NCBI GenBank assembly: GCA_030295235.1
Contig: AP026126.1
Location: 1,550,001 to 1,614,000 of the forward strand
Length of the DNA stretch: 64,000 nt
Origin: Fistulifera solaris
Lineage: Eukaryota
Direction: 5' to 3'
Shown here: piece after piece, positions 21,554-33,770 of the stretch
How the letters are laid out: each line of letters begins with the position of its first letter
Numbering within the stretch: the first letter of the stretch is position 1
The notes under the pieces: generated by a model
What the model was told of the DNA's origin: nothing
Database searches by the model: none
What the model saw: only the letters and a program-made list of their open reading frames with translations
Translations under genes and position numbers: made by a program

Positions 21554-24500
21554 ATGTCATCGGCACGCCAATTATTGACACACTTGTATCGATACCGCAG
21601 CAAGACATTATTGATACGAAGCACACAACGATGGAAGAGTAGTACGGCGGCTGCCACACTTCATGAGCATGAAACGTTTTTGACCGGAACCAGCTCACTC
21701 TATGCAGAGCAAATGTACGAATCGTATTTAAGTAATCCGGAGAATGTCTCACCCTCTTGGCGCAAGTACTTTGAAAACTTGGAATCGGGGGTGCCGTACA
21801 ATGCCTCCGATTTCTCTTCACCGACGGCCGCTACGCGCAGTAAAGCAGCCGTCACGCAACCAGCACCGGATTTAGGAGCCCCTTCCGATTCGTTGGGTGT
21901 GGCGCACTTGATTAGAGCCTATCAAGCGAACGGTCACATGGCCGCCCGCTTGGATCCTCTGGGCGTCCACGCCCCGGAAGCCTTTCCCTGTCGACCTTCT
22001 AATTTAATGGATCTGAGTCCCTACGGAGGATACCCTCCCGAGCTCACACCCGAGTATCACGGATTTACGGAAGCGGATTTGGATCGGAAAATGAATTTCC
22101 GCGGAACGAGTTCGGGAGGTAACAAAGGATACTTGGAAGATTTGGCGAATAGTCCCAACAAAGTGACGTTGCGAATGATTCTGAACGAGCTTCGAAAGAC
22201 CTATTGTGGTTCTCTTGGCGTGGAATATATTCATATCGGTAATCAGGACAAGATGAACTGGATTCGTGAGCGGATTGAGAACCCTCGTTGGAATAAGTAC
22301 GATAAGGAGAAGAAGCAACACATCTACGAACGACTGTGTTTTGCTGACTTTTTCGAAAATTTTCTGGCTCAAAAATTCAACACGACAAAGCGCTTTGGTC
22401 TCGATGGTGGAGAAGCTATTGTGCCGGGTTTGAAGGACGCAATTGATCGTGCCAGTGAATTGGGCGCGCATTCATTCGTCATCGGTATGCCTCATCGTGG
22501 TCGATTAAATGTGCTCGCCAACGTCATGCGCAAGCCCATGCCCTTGATCTTTTCCGAGTTCCAAGGGACGCATTACGATGTGAAAGATCATTTTGATGAT
22601 AGCGACAAAGAACGCACATGGGGAATTTCAGGAGATGTCAAGTATCACTTGGGTTCGTCCATGGATCGCACCTATCCCGACGGTCGTAAGATTCATTTGA
22701 GCTTGGTTGCAAATCCATCACATTTGGAATGTGTGAATCCGGTTGTAAGTATTGATGAAGACTGCCAGTCTGGCGTTAAGAATTGTTTCAAGATGATCAT
22801 CTTATACTATTTCATCAATAGGTGGCAGGAAAAACGCGTGCGAAGCAATACTATTGCGGTAACACGGCTGATGATAAGAGAAATTGCGTTCCTATTCTTC
22901 TGCACGGTGATGCGGCGTTTGCGGGACAAGGAGTTGTGTATGAGACAATGCAGCTTGCGAATGTTCCTGACTTTAACGTTGGAGGCACGATTCACGTCGT
23001 TGTTAACAATCAGATTGGTTTTACCACCAATCCTGTTCATTCGAGAAGTACGCCTTACTGCTCAGATATTGGCAAAGCTTTCGGCTGTCCTATCTTTCAT
23101 TGCAATGGAGATGATCCACTAGCAGTGTCGGCTGCTCTTGAAACGGCAGTTGAGTATCGCCATGAATGGGGAGGCGATGTCATCATCGACATGATCTGTT
23201 ACCGACGAAATGGACACAACGAATTGGATCAACCTGCATTCACTCAGCCAAAACTCTATCAAGCGATTTCAAAGCACCCCTCAACATTGAAAATTTTCGA
23301 AAAGAAACTGCTCGATGAAGGTACACTTACTCAGGAAGAATGTGATGAGATCAAGAAGTACGTTCAAGACAACTACGAGAAAGATTTCGAAGCCAGCAAG
23401 ACATACCGCAAGAGCGAAACTGACTGGTTAAGTAGCCGCTGGTCTGGATTCAAGGGACCTTCGCAGCTAAGTCGTATTCGTCAAACTGGAGTTGAAATTG
23501 AAACGCTACGAAAGATTGGTATTGGTGCTGGAACCGTTCCGGAAGGATTTAAGCTCCATAGACAAATGGAAAAGATCTTTAAAGCCCGACGAGAAATGGC
23601 AGAGAAAGGCGAAGGAATCGACTGGGGCACTGCGGAAGCTATGGCTTTTGGATCTCTGCTTATCGAAGGCAACCATGTCCGGATTACCGGGCAAGATGTG
23701 CAGCGTGGTACATTTAGTCACCGTCACGCAGTCGTGATAGATCAAAAGACCGAGCAAGAGTATGCCCCTTTGAATCACTTGGCACAGGAGACGGACCCAG
23801 GTGCACCGATGGAGGTTTTATCTAGAAAGGACACGCAGGCTGGGTTCACATGCCGAAACTCTATTCTCAGTGAATTTGCTGTCCTTGGTTTCGAGCATGG
23901 ATACAGTCTTGAAAACCCAAATGCTTTGATTCTATGGGAAGCCCAGTTTGGTGACTTTGTAAATGGTGCCCAAGTCATGATTGATCAGTTCATCAGTGCG
24001 GGTGAAGATAAGTGGTTGCGTCAAAGCGGCCTCGTGATGCTACTTCCTCATGGGTACGACGGACAAGGGGCAGAACATTCGTCCTGTCGCCTAGAGCGCT
24101 TTCTGCAGCAAGTCGATGAAGACATCCATTATGTTCCTCGCCTAGCTCATGATGAACGCATGCAAATCCAGCGATGCAACTGGCAAGTTGTAAACTGCAC
24201 GACGCCAGCCAACTATTTTCACGTCCTTCGTCGTCAAATCCATCGTGATTTCCGCAAGCCACTCATTGTAGCAGCGCCCAAGAACCTGCTGCGCCACAAG
24301 CGTTGCGTGAGTACGTTAGAGGATATGGGACCTGGAACCATGTTCCGATATGTATACGACGAAGTTGATGAGTCCATCAACGCGAATGCTGAAAATGTTA
24401 CCAAAGTTGTATTCTGTACCGGTCAGATCTACTATGAGCTATTGGCAGAGAGAGAAAACCGTGGGGTGAATGACGTGGCTCTTGTCCGTATAGAGCAATT

Positions 24501-24786
24501 GGCCCCATTCCCATTTGACCATGTTGCAGAGAACGTCAAACGTTATCCCAATGCGGAGGTTGTATGGGCGCAACATGAGCCTAAAAACATGGGTGCTTAC
24601 AACTATTGCAATCCACGCATCATGACTGCGACGCGAGTGTTGAATGAGAATGAAAAGCGAGCTCGATATGTAGGTCGAAAAGTCAGCGCTGCACCGGCAA
24701 CCGGTATGACTAAGATCCACCAGATGGAGCACCAAGCCATTCTTAACGGCGTATTCGGAGAGAAAAATGCCACCGATAAGATGTAG
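21554..24786 (+). CDS. OGDH: 2-oxoglutarate dehydrogenase E1 component, mitochondrial; intron 22745-22821
   Basis: Mitochondrial presequence; KRFGLDGGE, GMPHRGRLNVL, GDVKYHLG, ANPSHLE, HGDAAFAGQG (TPP-binding), WEAQFGDF, LLPHGYDGQGAEHSS. Confidence 0.97.
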
Positions 24787-25000
24787 AAAACGTTGTGAAT
24801 TTCAAACTGTACTTAGGTTGAGATGGATCATAGAATGATAAGGATTAAGAACGGTTGTAAGAAACAACGCATCGATGGTCTCTCTAAGTATCTTTATCAA
24901 CTACCGGTCTGTGAATAGTATTAGTGAACGAATTCCATAGTCTAGATAATGACGGTCCCTTGATTAGGATAATAGTTTAATTTCCGGGACTGATTCTCGG

Positions 25001-25984
25001 TTGAATCGGAGAGAGAGAGTCGTCTACAATTTACGCAATATTGTGTACGACACTGCGCTCGTATACCAAGTAGCATTCATCTTTCAAAATTTTCAAAATT
25101 TTCTTGCAGCCTTACAATTAACTCTTATTGATACCATTACCGAGACAAATGCGTCCGAATCTATTATTCTTTTGCTCTGTATATCCTTCCTCGAAGCGGC
25201 CGTGCGGCTGCCGAAGTTTGACCTTGGCGGCAGCGACAAACAAAGGATCAAACTTGACCTCGCTGGTCGAATGATGACAATCATTGTCGGTCCACCCAAG
25301 CCGTCTGAATCGTCAAGAGGTCCTCTCGTTGAAATAGAAGACCTTCCTGTCTCGGCTGCTATTGCTGCGGATTTTGATTTGAGTCAGCAAATAAGACCAG
25401 TGAAATGGTTGGGAATCGTTTGCTGGGCACCGAAACGAGAGCCCCGGATGATTGCCATGGTAGAACGCGACAAAGACGGCAGCAGAGCTGTGCAAGTGCA
25501 AGCTCCTTTGAGAAAAAAGTTTTCTTGCCATGCTCGTTATGCCGATAATCAACCTGCGGAAATCACTCTGAAAGTGGCTCCTCATTCACGACTTCGAACG
25601 GAGTGGTGCTTTGTCGATACACCTTCTTTTCCAAAGGCTTCCAGCGAAACAAACCCAAATTGGTGGATCCCCGATGTATCAGTTTCAGCGACAGGGCGCC
25701 TGAATTCCAATTGGCAGACTTGTGCTTACGACCGTGACAGTCGAAATGTTCAACTAAGACTCACGGTACGAAGAAACTTGGGATGGACGTTTTTGGGAAG
25801 GAACTTCCACGAGTCACCCGAGACATGGTGCTCTTTCCAAATAGATGGATCTTATCATCCGATGTACGCTACAAGTGCTATATTGTCAGGACAAGTAGAA
25901 GATGTATCATCGTGGGGATTGTGTTTGCGACACTTTGTCGCATCCAGTCGGATGTGGCCTGCCTCTCTACGATGGAAACCCTGA
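25001..25984 (+). CDS. Hypothetical protein; start uncertain
   Basis: 327-codon ORF with globular-looking C-terminal half (NWWIPDVSVSATG); no family recognised. Confidence 0.45.
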   Translation: MNRRERVVYNLRNIVYDTALVYQVAFIFQNFQNFLAALQLTLIDTITETNASESIILLLCISFLEAAVRLPKFDLGGSDKQRIKLDLAGRMMTIIVGPPKPSESSRGPLVEIEDLPVSAAIAADFDLSQQIRPVKWLGIVCWAPKREPRMIAMVERDKDGSRAVQVQAPLRKKFSCHARYADNQPAEITLKVAPHSRLRTEWCFVDTPSFPKASSETNPNWWIPDVSVSATGRLNSNWQTCAYDRDSRNVQLRLTVRRNLGWTFLGRNFHESPETWCSFQIDGSYHPMYATSAILSGQVEDVSSWGLCLRHFVASSRMWPASLRWKP

Positions 25985-26023
25985 AAATTGTCATAATTAA
26001 TTGTCTTTGGTGCTACTTTTATA

Positions 26024-26998
26024 TCACCTGCTGTCGTATCTTTGCTTTGATTCGGCGAGCTGTTCGAGAAACCAGTTTGAATTCTGTAGAGGCGCCAAGG
26101 TCCGAACAGGCATCAGATGGACGCCTTCTTCGGGACACGGCACAAATTTGTCATGTTTCCGAACTCCCGCGATGCTATAGTTGGGTAGCATTGGAAAAAT
26201 ATTATCATCGAAAAGAACATGATACTCTTCATGGCTGTCCCAGACGGGTTTACCTCCTTCGGGACGAAAGCCGTGCTTCTCCCAGTGGTGATAATCATCC
26301 TGAATACCACAAATCGCAAATTGTCGTAAATGCTGTAAAACTTGCTCGTCGCCTTTTGCCACAACTTCACCCTTATTAGTTTTTAATCCAAAGATATCAT
26401 TTTCCCAGTAGCCCTTCAAAAATTGGTCGGGGCGATTCCAAACAAACGGCTCGTGAACAAAATCCGGATAGCTTGGATGTTTTCCTTGCGCAAAGGCCGT
26501 GACGGCTTCTGCAATGTAAGCTAAATCATGTCCCATTGTTCGAAAAACTAGGCGTACGGGCGTCGCATGAGACGACAGAGCCAACAAGGTGGCAAACAGG
26601 GCCGGTAAAACATGCGCGAAACATCCTTCGCTGGGCGGAACCGCAAGTTGGCTTATCGCCGATCGATACACGGCACCATCGTGATGTAAGAATGTCTTGG
26701 ATTTGTGTTTGAACGCTGTTCGGTAATACGGAGCCGCATTCGGGGGCCATGACGACTCGAGCCACAAAGCGGGGGTGCCTTCAGTACTCTGCAAAGGAAC
26801 TCCATTCCACCAATGTGTCGGTACAAAGCTCGCTATGTCGGCAACACTATCCGGCACGTGAACAAAGGCCGATTTGGCAATGATTTTATGCCAGCAGTCC
26901 TCCACAGAATCGCCTCCAGCGATATCTCCTAGTAAAATTGTCTCGTTAATGTCAAAATGAACCACAATGGGCCGGCTTGTGACAAAAATAGATTTCAT
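26024..26998 (-). CDS. Conserved hypothetical protein with HAD-like fold
   Basis: N-terminal IVVHFDINETI (DxN motif), LVFRTMGHD, GIQDDY, GKPVW and HVLFDDNI follow HAD motif I-IV spacing. Confidence 0.6.
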   Translation of the reverse strand: MKSIFVTSRPIVVHFDINETILLGDIAGGDSVEDCWHKIIAKSAFVHVPDSVADIASFVPTHWWNGVPLQSTEGTPALWLESSWPPNAAPYYRTAFKHKSKTFLHHDGAVYRSAISQLAVPPSEGCFAHVLPALFATLLALSSHATPVRLVFRTMGHDLAYIAEAVTAFAQGKHPSYPDFVHEPFVWNRPDQFLKGYWENDIFGLKTNKGEVVAKGDEQVLQHLRQFAICGIQDDYHHWEKHGFRPEGGKPVWDSHEEYHVLFDDNIFPMLPNYSIAGVRKHDKFVPCPEEGVHLMPVRTLAPLQNSNWFLEQLAESKQRYDSR

Positions 26999-27581
26999 CT
27001 TACGCAACTTGAATGACAGCGTTTCTTCGTGTCTACAGGTCCTACTGATTGTGATGCATTGATTAAGTCGATGAGTACTCCGTTATTTACAATGAAGATT
27101 AGCTTGCATAATGAATTTGAGAAAAAAATGCAACGAGAAGTAATACTCCACTCATGATTCAAGACTGACAGCCAGTCTTGCCAAAGCTATTGTTAATAGC
27201 AAAGTCAACGATCTTGGTAATCTTCGGCGCTGTTCATCGAGCAATACATTGCATGGCTAGCTAAAATAGATTTTAGCAGCAACTACGACATCTATTTGCG
27301 AGAATGGTTGATGATAGCCTGTGCAATAAACGCAGAACAGTTAGTGTATATTTTTTCTGACGACTCGTGACTGCAATGCAGTCGTGGTAATTTTGAGAAG
27401 TACGTAGTACTCCGTAGTAATTTGAAGGCAGCTGCATTCAAAGTTCCCTCCAATTGTTCGGGAGTTTCTTATTTTGTCGTTTAAAAGATTGCATTTGTCA
27501 TCATTACTACGTATTAACAATTATCCTCCATTTCTTCGCATTATAATCATTGATTATTGTCACAATATCGCAATCGGCTTC

Positions 27582-28650
27582 ATGTTGCGACAAGCGCTCC
27601 GAATTCGCGGTTCGTGGCGATCATCATTCGTTCCTCGTCACGTTCGATCGTTTGGATCTACGTCTCCTGCGCCCAAGGATCATGACGATGACAAAGGGAA
27701 TAATCGCTGGACGAATCAACAAGAATTTTTAACAAAAGATCTCATGAACAAGTCATTGTTGGGAGTCGGTCAAGTCATTTTCCTCAACAATCCTCAATCC
27801 GGTATGATTCTTCTCGGCGCACTGGCTTACGGAAACCCCTTTCTGGCCTCCATGGCAACATTCGGAAGTATTGTCAGCACCTCCACGGCTCATTTCGCGG
27901 GTCTCGATCGCGATAAACTACAAGCGGGTCTGTATGGATACAATGGTTGCTTGGTGGGCTGTGCCAGTGCCGTTTTTGTCGATCAGGCGTTCCTCGCTAC
28001 CACGGTCGGAGCACTCCTGTGTCCGTTTGTCGGCGTGGCCTTGGACAAGGGCGTACGTACGACGCCGCAGTGGACACTGGCATTCAATTGTGTGACGCTT
28101 TCCATGTTATTACGAACCAAGCCACTGCAAGTCGCTGGTAGTGACGGAGATACGAGTGTCGTCGAGACGGTGTCTGTTTCCGTCATGAATTTGTTGTCGG
28201 GTCCACTCAAGGGTATTTCGCAGATTTTTGTCGTGGAATCTTCATTATCTGGCTTGGCAATCCTCGGAGGAATTGCTTTGTATTCGCCACTACTCGCCGC
28301 GCACGCAATCATGGGGTCGACGGTGGGGACTCTGACCGGTGCAGTTTTGTCGGCTCCGAGTCCGGAATTGGCCATGGGTTTGTGGGGATTCAACTCCGCT
28401 CTCACCAGTATGGCCATTGGGGTCTTTTTTTGTTCCGAGTCGAGAATCGACCGTCTTGTCAGTGGGTGGTGCTGTCGCTACGGCTGTATTATTCGGAGCA
28501 ATGAAGACGGTCATGGGGGATGCTCTGGGAGCTCCAGCCTTGACATTGCCGTTTTGTGCAACCGCAACGGGTTGTTATTGGCTTTCAGGGAATGTTCCTG
28601 GCTTGATGTTGGCAAAGGATCCTCATTCTCCAGAGAAGAATAAGCTGTAA
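27582..28650 (+). CDS. Urea transporter, UT/SLC14 channel family, with putative mitochondrial presequence; apparent extra T in run 28425-28431
   Basis: Duplicated UT signatures GVGQVIFLNNP / GISQIFVVES and GLYGYNGCLVG / GLWGFNSALT; PQWTLAF / PALTLPF; N-terminus MLRQALRIRGSWRSSFVPRHVRSF. Confidence 0.88.
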
Positions 28651-28814
28651 AAGTAAATTGACAAGTCATTTCAATCAAATGTGATTCTACACTTAGAATA
28701 ATATCTACGTAAGAGTAGATCGAGGGATACGCGAATACAACATCGCATTCAAAGGACCGCAAGCATGCTTTGAAAGAATCCCCGATGTGGCGAGGATCAA
28801 TCACTCAAACAATT

Positions 28815-29422
28815 TCAGCGGTCCCCACGGAGTTTCTGCAAAGCGCACTGACGAAGGCGAAAGCGCATCTTGGTAGCGTTTTTGAAATGGCTAATCTTTA
28901 CGGCAGGACTCGAAAACAAATCCAATTCACACGGATGAATAGGAGAATAGTTGTAGATGTCGATCTCCTTCGCCAGACGGTATCGCATGCGGCGTGAAAG
29001 GCTGGGACTCAATAGCTGTTCGAGAAGAGCGCAACGATCCGCATCCATTTTTCGCAATTTGACGGACTTTGGTTTGTCTTTTTTGGCTTTCTGACGATTG
29101 CCTTCCGCCAGCTTCCCGTCGCGCTTTGCAAAGAATCTTGATGCATGTGATTTGAAGTCTTGCTGGACGATGGGAGAAACAATCGTGGGGAGGTCCGCCA
29201 TGCTGGAAGGATACAGAAAAACAATGATGGGTCTCGGGTAGCGGTACTTCAACAATACGAATTCAAAGGCTCTCGACAGAAGGCTTTGATTAGTCGAAGC
29301 TGCTTTGCTGTGCAATTACGAATGACTGCGCTTGAAAATGAATTCATGGCCCTCGATGTGTTGGGATCCTTCATTTCCAACTTGAAAACGTTTTGTTTTC
29401 TCCCTTCTCGATCGGCATCCAT
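28815..29422 (-). CDS. Basic hypothetical protein; structure uncertain
   Basis: Overlapping minus-strand ORFs (29249-29452, 28815-29315); K/R-rich; no domain recognised. Confidence 0.35.
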
Positions 29423-29970
29423 CTTGTTGGAAATCCTAAGAAATTGATCCAATCCTCTCTATAGATCGTAGAGTAAACATTTTGGCGAGGACGTGACGGG
29501 CGTGTCTGAATGTCGCAATACCTAGTATCCATAATTGCTGTTATATATACACGAAGAAAGCATTTCGTGTCGTACCAGGTATCTTACAGGAAAATTCCTA
29601 ACAAAAATGGTTCGCGGTCGCGCGCGCTCCGGCCACCAGAACCGTTCGAAAATACACTCTTCGACTGTGTAGTACCAAACTCAAAACATGCCGCACGCGG
29701 CCCTTCGTGACAAACCGACTGCGCAGCGCACCCCGCCCCCGTCAGCGACGGGAAAATAAAACGAAAGGAAAGAAGCAACTTATTGACTTGTTGGAGCTGG
29801 AATACAGCAACCGTTCATTCATACGAAATTATAGTAGTAGTCATCAATCAGACGAAGGATTATTGCGACATCTTCAAAAAATACGCGGTCAATAGGGACA
29901 CAAGGCGACAAACGAATCATCATCGGCATTTCCTGGTGAATACTTTTGTCAACCATCTTCATTTGCCAAA

Positions 29971-32643
29971 ATGGGCAACCAACCTTCTTCTCAGCAATCA
30001 GAGTCATACGTTGGTGAATCTTCAAAAAGTAGCGAAGGAACGCCTATCCCTCCGACTGCAAGAGATGATAAGGAACGCTTTCGCTCTTTTCCTGGGTCAG
30101 CGCTCTTGGAGAAAACATTTTGCGGAAGTATCGACACGACAGATCCATCCGAATACCAGAACCAGTCCATTGCAACTCGCCTCCTGCACAAAGCCGATGT
30201 CATGTGTATACGATCACCGAGAAATTACGACGTCGGCTCGCCGGTGAATCAATGGGTAGACGAAGATAATGATATAGTACTCGAACACAGTGGCAAGAAA
30301 CCATCGATTTCATCGGCACTTTTGGCCAGGGCGTTGGTAAACGAAGTAACCGACAATCCAAAAACAATGAATCCTGCACAAATGGCTGCTCGTGAGAGAA
30401 AACTTTTAAAAGCACAGCAAGCAGCTCGAAATGGGCCGGCGATGCACAAGCCGATCGGAAAGATCGGTGCGGGGGTCGGTCCGCCCAGTGTTCTCAACAG
30501 TGTCGCGTACGCATTGACGGGTCAGAATAGCATGCTATGTATTGGAAATAGTCAGGTGGTGGATGATGTTGTCGTGAGTAGTGCCTTGCAAGATGCGTTC
30601 GGTGAACACGGGGGAAGATCAGGGGCAGGTGAAGGCAGCCATTTGGCGCTGGAAGAAGCCTTGCACGATAAAAGTCTGTTCGTTGTTACGATTGCGTTAT
30701 GCCTGAGCCGTCGTTCCGAGGATGTAGGACATCCAGATTCTATTACTCGACAAAGTGCTTTTGATTTCAATGAGGTGCAAGATCGAGAATACAAGTATGT
30801 CAGCTCAACGGATGCTATGGGCTGGCGTGCTGGCGGGGGTGAAAGGGGAGGACCGACAAAAATACCAGGGACATCCAATCTGTCACCAGCACAACCAGAA
30901 CCAGGCGTGGTGAAGAAGCCTCATCGTGATGATCTTCATTTGCCCATAATACATTTGGACTGTGGATCTGCTGAAGGTGTTGACCAAGTAATTCATTCGT
31001 TGGCGAGCGGAGATATATTTATACCACACATGGCGGTCCTACCAGATTCGTTGGCAGTGCACGGGAGCCCTCTGCCGGATTTAATGTTGAGATGGCAATG
31101 CGACCGAAACGAGGATGTTCCAGTTGATGAGTGGCACAATTGGTGCCTGGAGTTCATTCACAACCAAATATACGAATATTTTCATCAAACAACCGTTCGG
31201 CCGATATGGATGCCTCGACCTTTTAATGTTACACTGGCAAAGGCGGTGCGATGGAGAACTGTGAAACATATGAATCGTTATTTTAGTCTGACTGAACAAG
31301 TGCTGGAACGTTGGAGAGAAAACGGTCCTCAATATTTGGACCCACATTCTTCTAATTCAGGCGGAGGCCCTTCGGCAGATGAAATCGCTCGCCCGCATGG
31401 TATTTACCTATGGCGAAGAGTCAACGGTGTAACACAACCAACAAACTACTTCGCGCCGAATTTTGACCCTCCATACACTACGAAAATGACGAGGTGCTTA
31501 CTTGAAACGGTATTATCGAAGAGCTGGGATTCCCAGCGACGAGAGTGGTCAAACCGTCCTCTTCCAGTCATTCTTTCTCCCACTGGTTTATTACAGGCTG
31601 CATGTGGGTGCACAGAAGTCGGTGGATTCGTCGCACAAGAAGTGACCAACAAGTCTTCACCCACCGTTCCGGCTTCATTTTCCTCAAAGTCAATGCCTCA
31701 AGTCAAGCCTCTTTCTTCTCCATTGACGGAACACTCAAGTGAGACACATAGATCGGATGGCATCGCCGACGAGAAGAAAAACGACGACATTCCACTATCA
31801 GAGGAAGTTGTATCTATTTCAAGAAAATCCCAGCCCAGGCAATCCCTTTCCAGTACATTAGACGAACCTGATGTCTCGGGCAATTTTTCTGTAGCACCAT
31901 CGGGCACGACTGTAATGCACCGAAACCTTTCTCACCAACAAGTTGAAATCACGGACAAGCGTTTGTTCTCTGACGATGATTGGGACGCAGCTCACACACA
32001 AGTGGCAGATCCGCCAGGAGAGAAGGTATGTATTGTTAAAGATTTGCACTGAAGTTTCTTTTGTTGCGTAGCTTAACATTGCGTGTTTTACTCATTGCAG
32101 GTTACGGCGAGTCCACAGGGTCATACAAGCTTCCAAAGTGAATTTCCCTCAGGCCAAATGAAAGCAAAAGATTTTCGGTTGAGCGGAGCGAAAGAGGCCA
32201 ACGGGTCTCTCCGTAAGTCTTCACACTACAAGATGCAGCTGAGCCCTCCTGGACAAAGTTACAATCAAGCTGTTTCACCGAAAGTGGATTCTAGTGATTC
32301 TTATAGTTCCTTGGCTTATTCTGTCGGCAACTCATCGGGCCACACAGGCATCGTATCTGGGTATACATCAAATATCGGTCAGTATTACGCAGATACACCT
32401 CCATCACGGAGGTCATCGGCGCTGGCTAAGTCTATATCATCAGAAGAGGAATACTCTATTCAGGAGTCCAGCAGTAGCTTGTCCGTTGTTCCTACCGATG
32501 AAGAGCTATATGCTATAGGGTGGGCAAAAGCTTTGGATCCAAAGAGTGGAAATTTCTACTATTTCACACTGGACCGGAAGAAAATCATGTGGGACAACCC
32601 GCTACCCAGGATGTCTGTCAGGGGAAGTATCAGAGGTGTATAG
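29971..32643 (+). CDS. Hypothetical protein with predicted N-myristoylation site and C-terminal WW domain; intron 32026-32100
   Basis: MGNQPSS N-terminus; in-phase GTATG...TTGCAG intron; C-terminal GWAKALDPKSGNFYYF.LDRKKIMWDNP matches the WW consensus. Confidence 0.8.
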
Positions 32644-32821
32644 TGTCGCCTACTCGTGGCAGTTATGTAAAGGTATAAATTTATTGTAAAGACTGTCAAG
32701 TTTTGTGTCTAGTTTCCCTTATCGTTCGCGTGAAAGCGCTTAAACGTTTTCAATCGTTTTATGCGGCTGTTGCACCCAAACTTAACTTCTAGCTGACACC
32801 TACACTTCTCGCAGTAATTCA

Positions 32822-33340
32822 TCAAGACGGTTTGCTCTCGAAGTTGATTGCAATGGTATTGTTCTTTACATCTCTCTGAACAACGACAATAATGTTTTCA
32901 TAGTTTGGCGGAAGCCGACTAATTCCTGACAATGACTGATATATGTCTTCTGGTAATCTATCATGTCCGAATTGTCGGGATAAATCAGAGTTTATCTTTA
33001 CGTCGTCCTCGCATGGGCCAGACGTCTCTGTATTATTTTGGTAGGGGCTAATGGTGTTTTCATGTTGTTGCTCTGGAACGGCCTTTCCAAGGAACGAGCG
33101 GCTCTTTGGGGCGTATCTATTCAGAATAAGTTTCTCCTCCACATCCCTTCTATTGTTGTTTGATTGCCCTATTACTGAACGCTCCTCGTCACTAGGTAAG
33201 TAAAGGCTTCTCTGTTTGGGACGAGTTGTAGCTTTTGAATTCACATCGTTCTCCGCGCTTTCTCCTCCGCTGCCGCAAGTGAACAAGTTCGCGACCTGTT
33301 GTAATTCGGGCAGCTCGAAAGTGTGCCATATTCCTGTCAT
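32822..33340 (-). CDS. Hypothetical protein
   Basis: ORF of about 170 codons between identified genes; no domain. Confidence 0.45.
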   Translation of the reverse strand: MTGIWHTFELPELQQVANLFTCGSGGESAENDVNSKATTRPKQRSLYLPSDEERSVIGQSNNNRRDVEEKLILNRYAPKSRSFLGKAVPEQQHENTISPYQNNTETSGPCEDDVKINSDLSRQFGHDRLPEDIYQSLSGISRLPPNYENIIVVVQRDVKNNTIAINFESKPS

Positions 33341-33770
33341 AATCTTCACTTAATTTAAAGTCTAAAACGCGGTTCATATAACGGAATATTTCTTCGATTT
33401 ATTGTCGTGTCGTTCCTCTTTTTTTACTGAAAGCCAATTGCGCAACTTAAGAGGCAGGCTGTCTCCTTTTCATGGAGCAATTTGTGACGAAGATAAGGTA
33501 CAGAGGCGAGCGAGATGCCGCGAACGGACGTTACATAGGAGAGTTTTTCCTATTGGCGAGAAATACTACGATGACAACTAGCCGTTGATTATCCAAACGG
33601 TATTCAAAAGTACTAAGATCAGACAGACGTTGATTTCGCTGATCGAAACAACAAAATACTCGGTATTTTGGACGAAAAAACTGTGGGAGAGAACAACAAC
33701 CATCGGCCGCCTTCGCCTTTAGATCCGTAGTTACTATTATCAATTTTCAGCAGTCGATTCAATCTTACCA

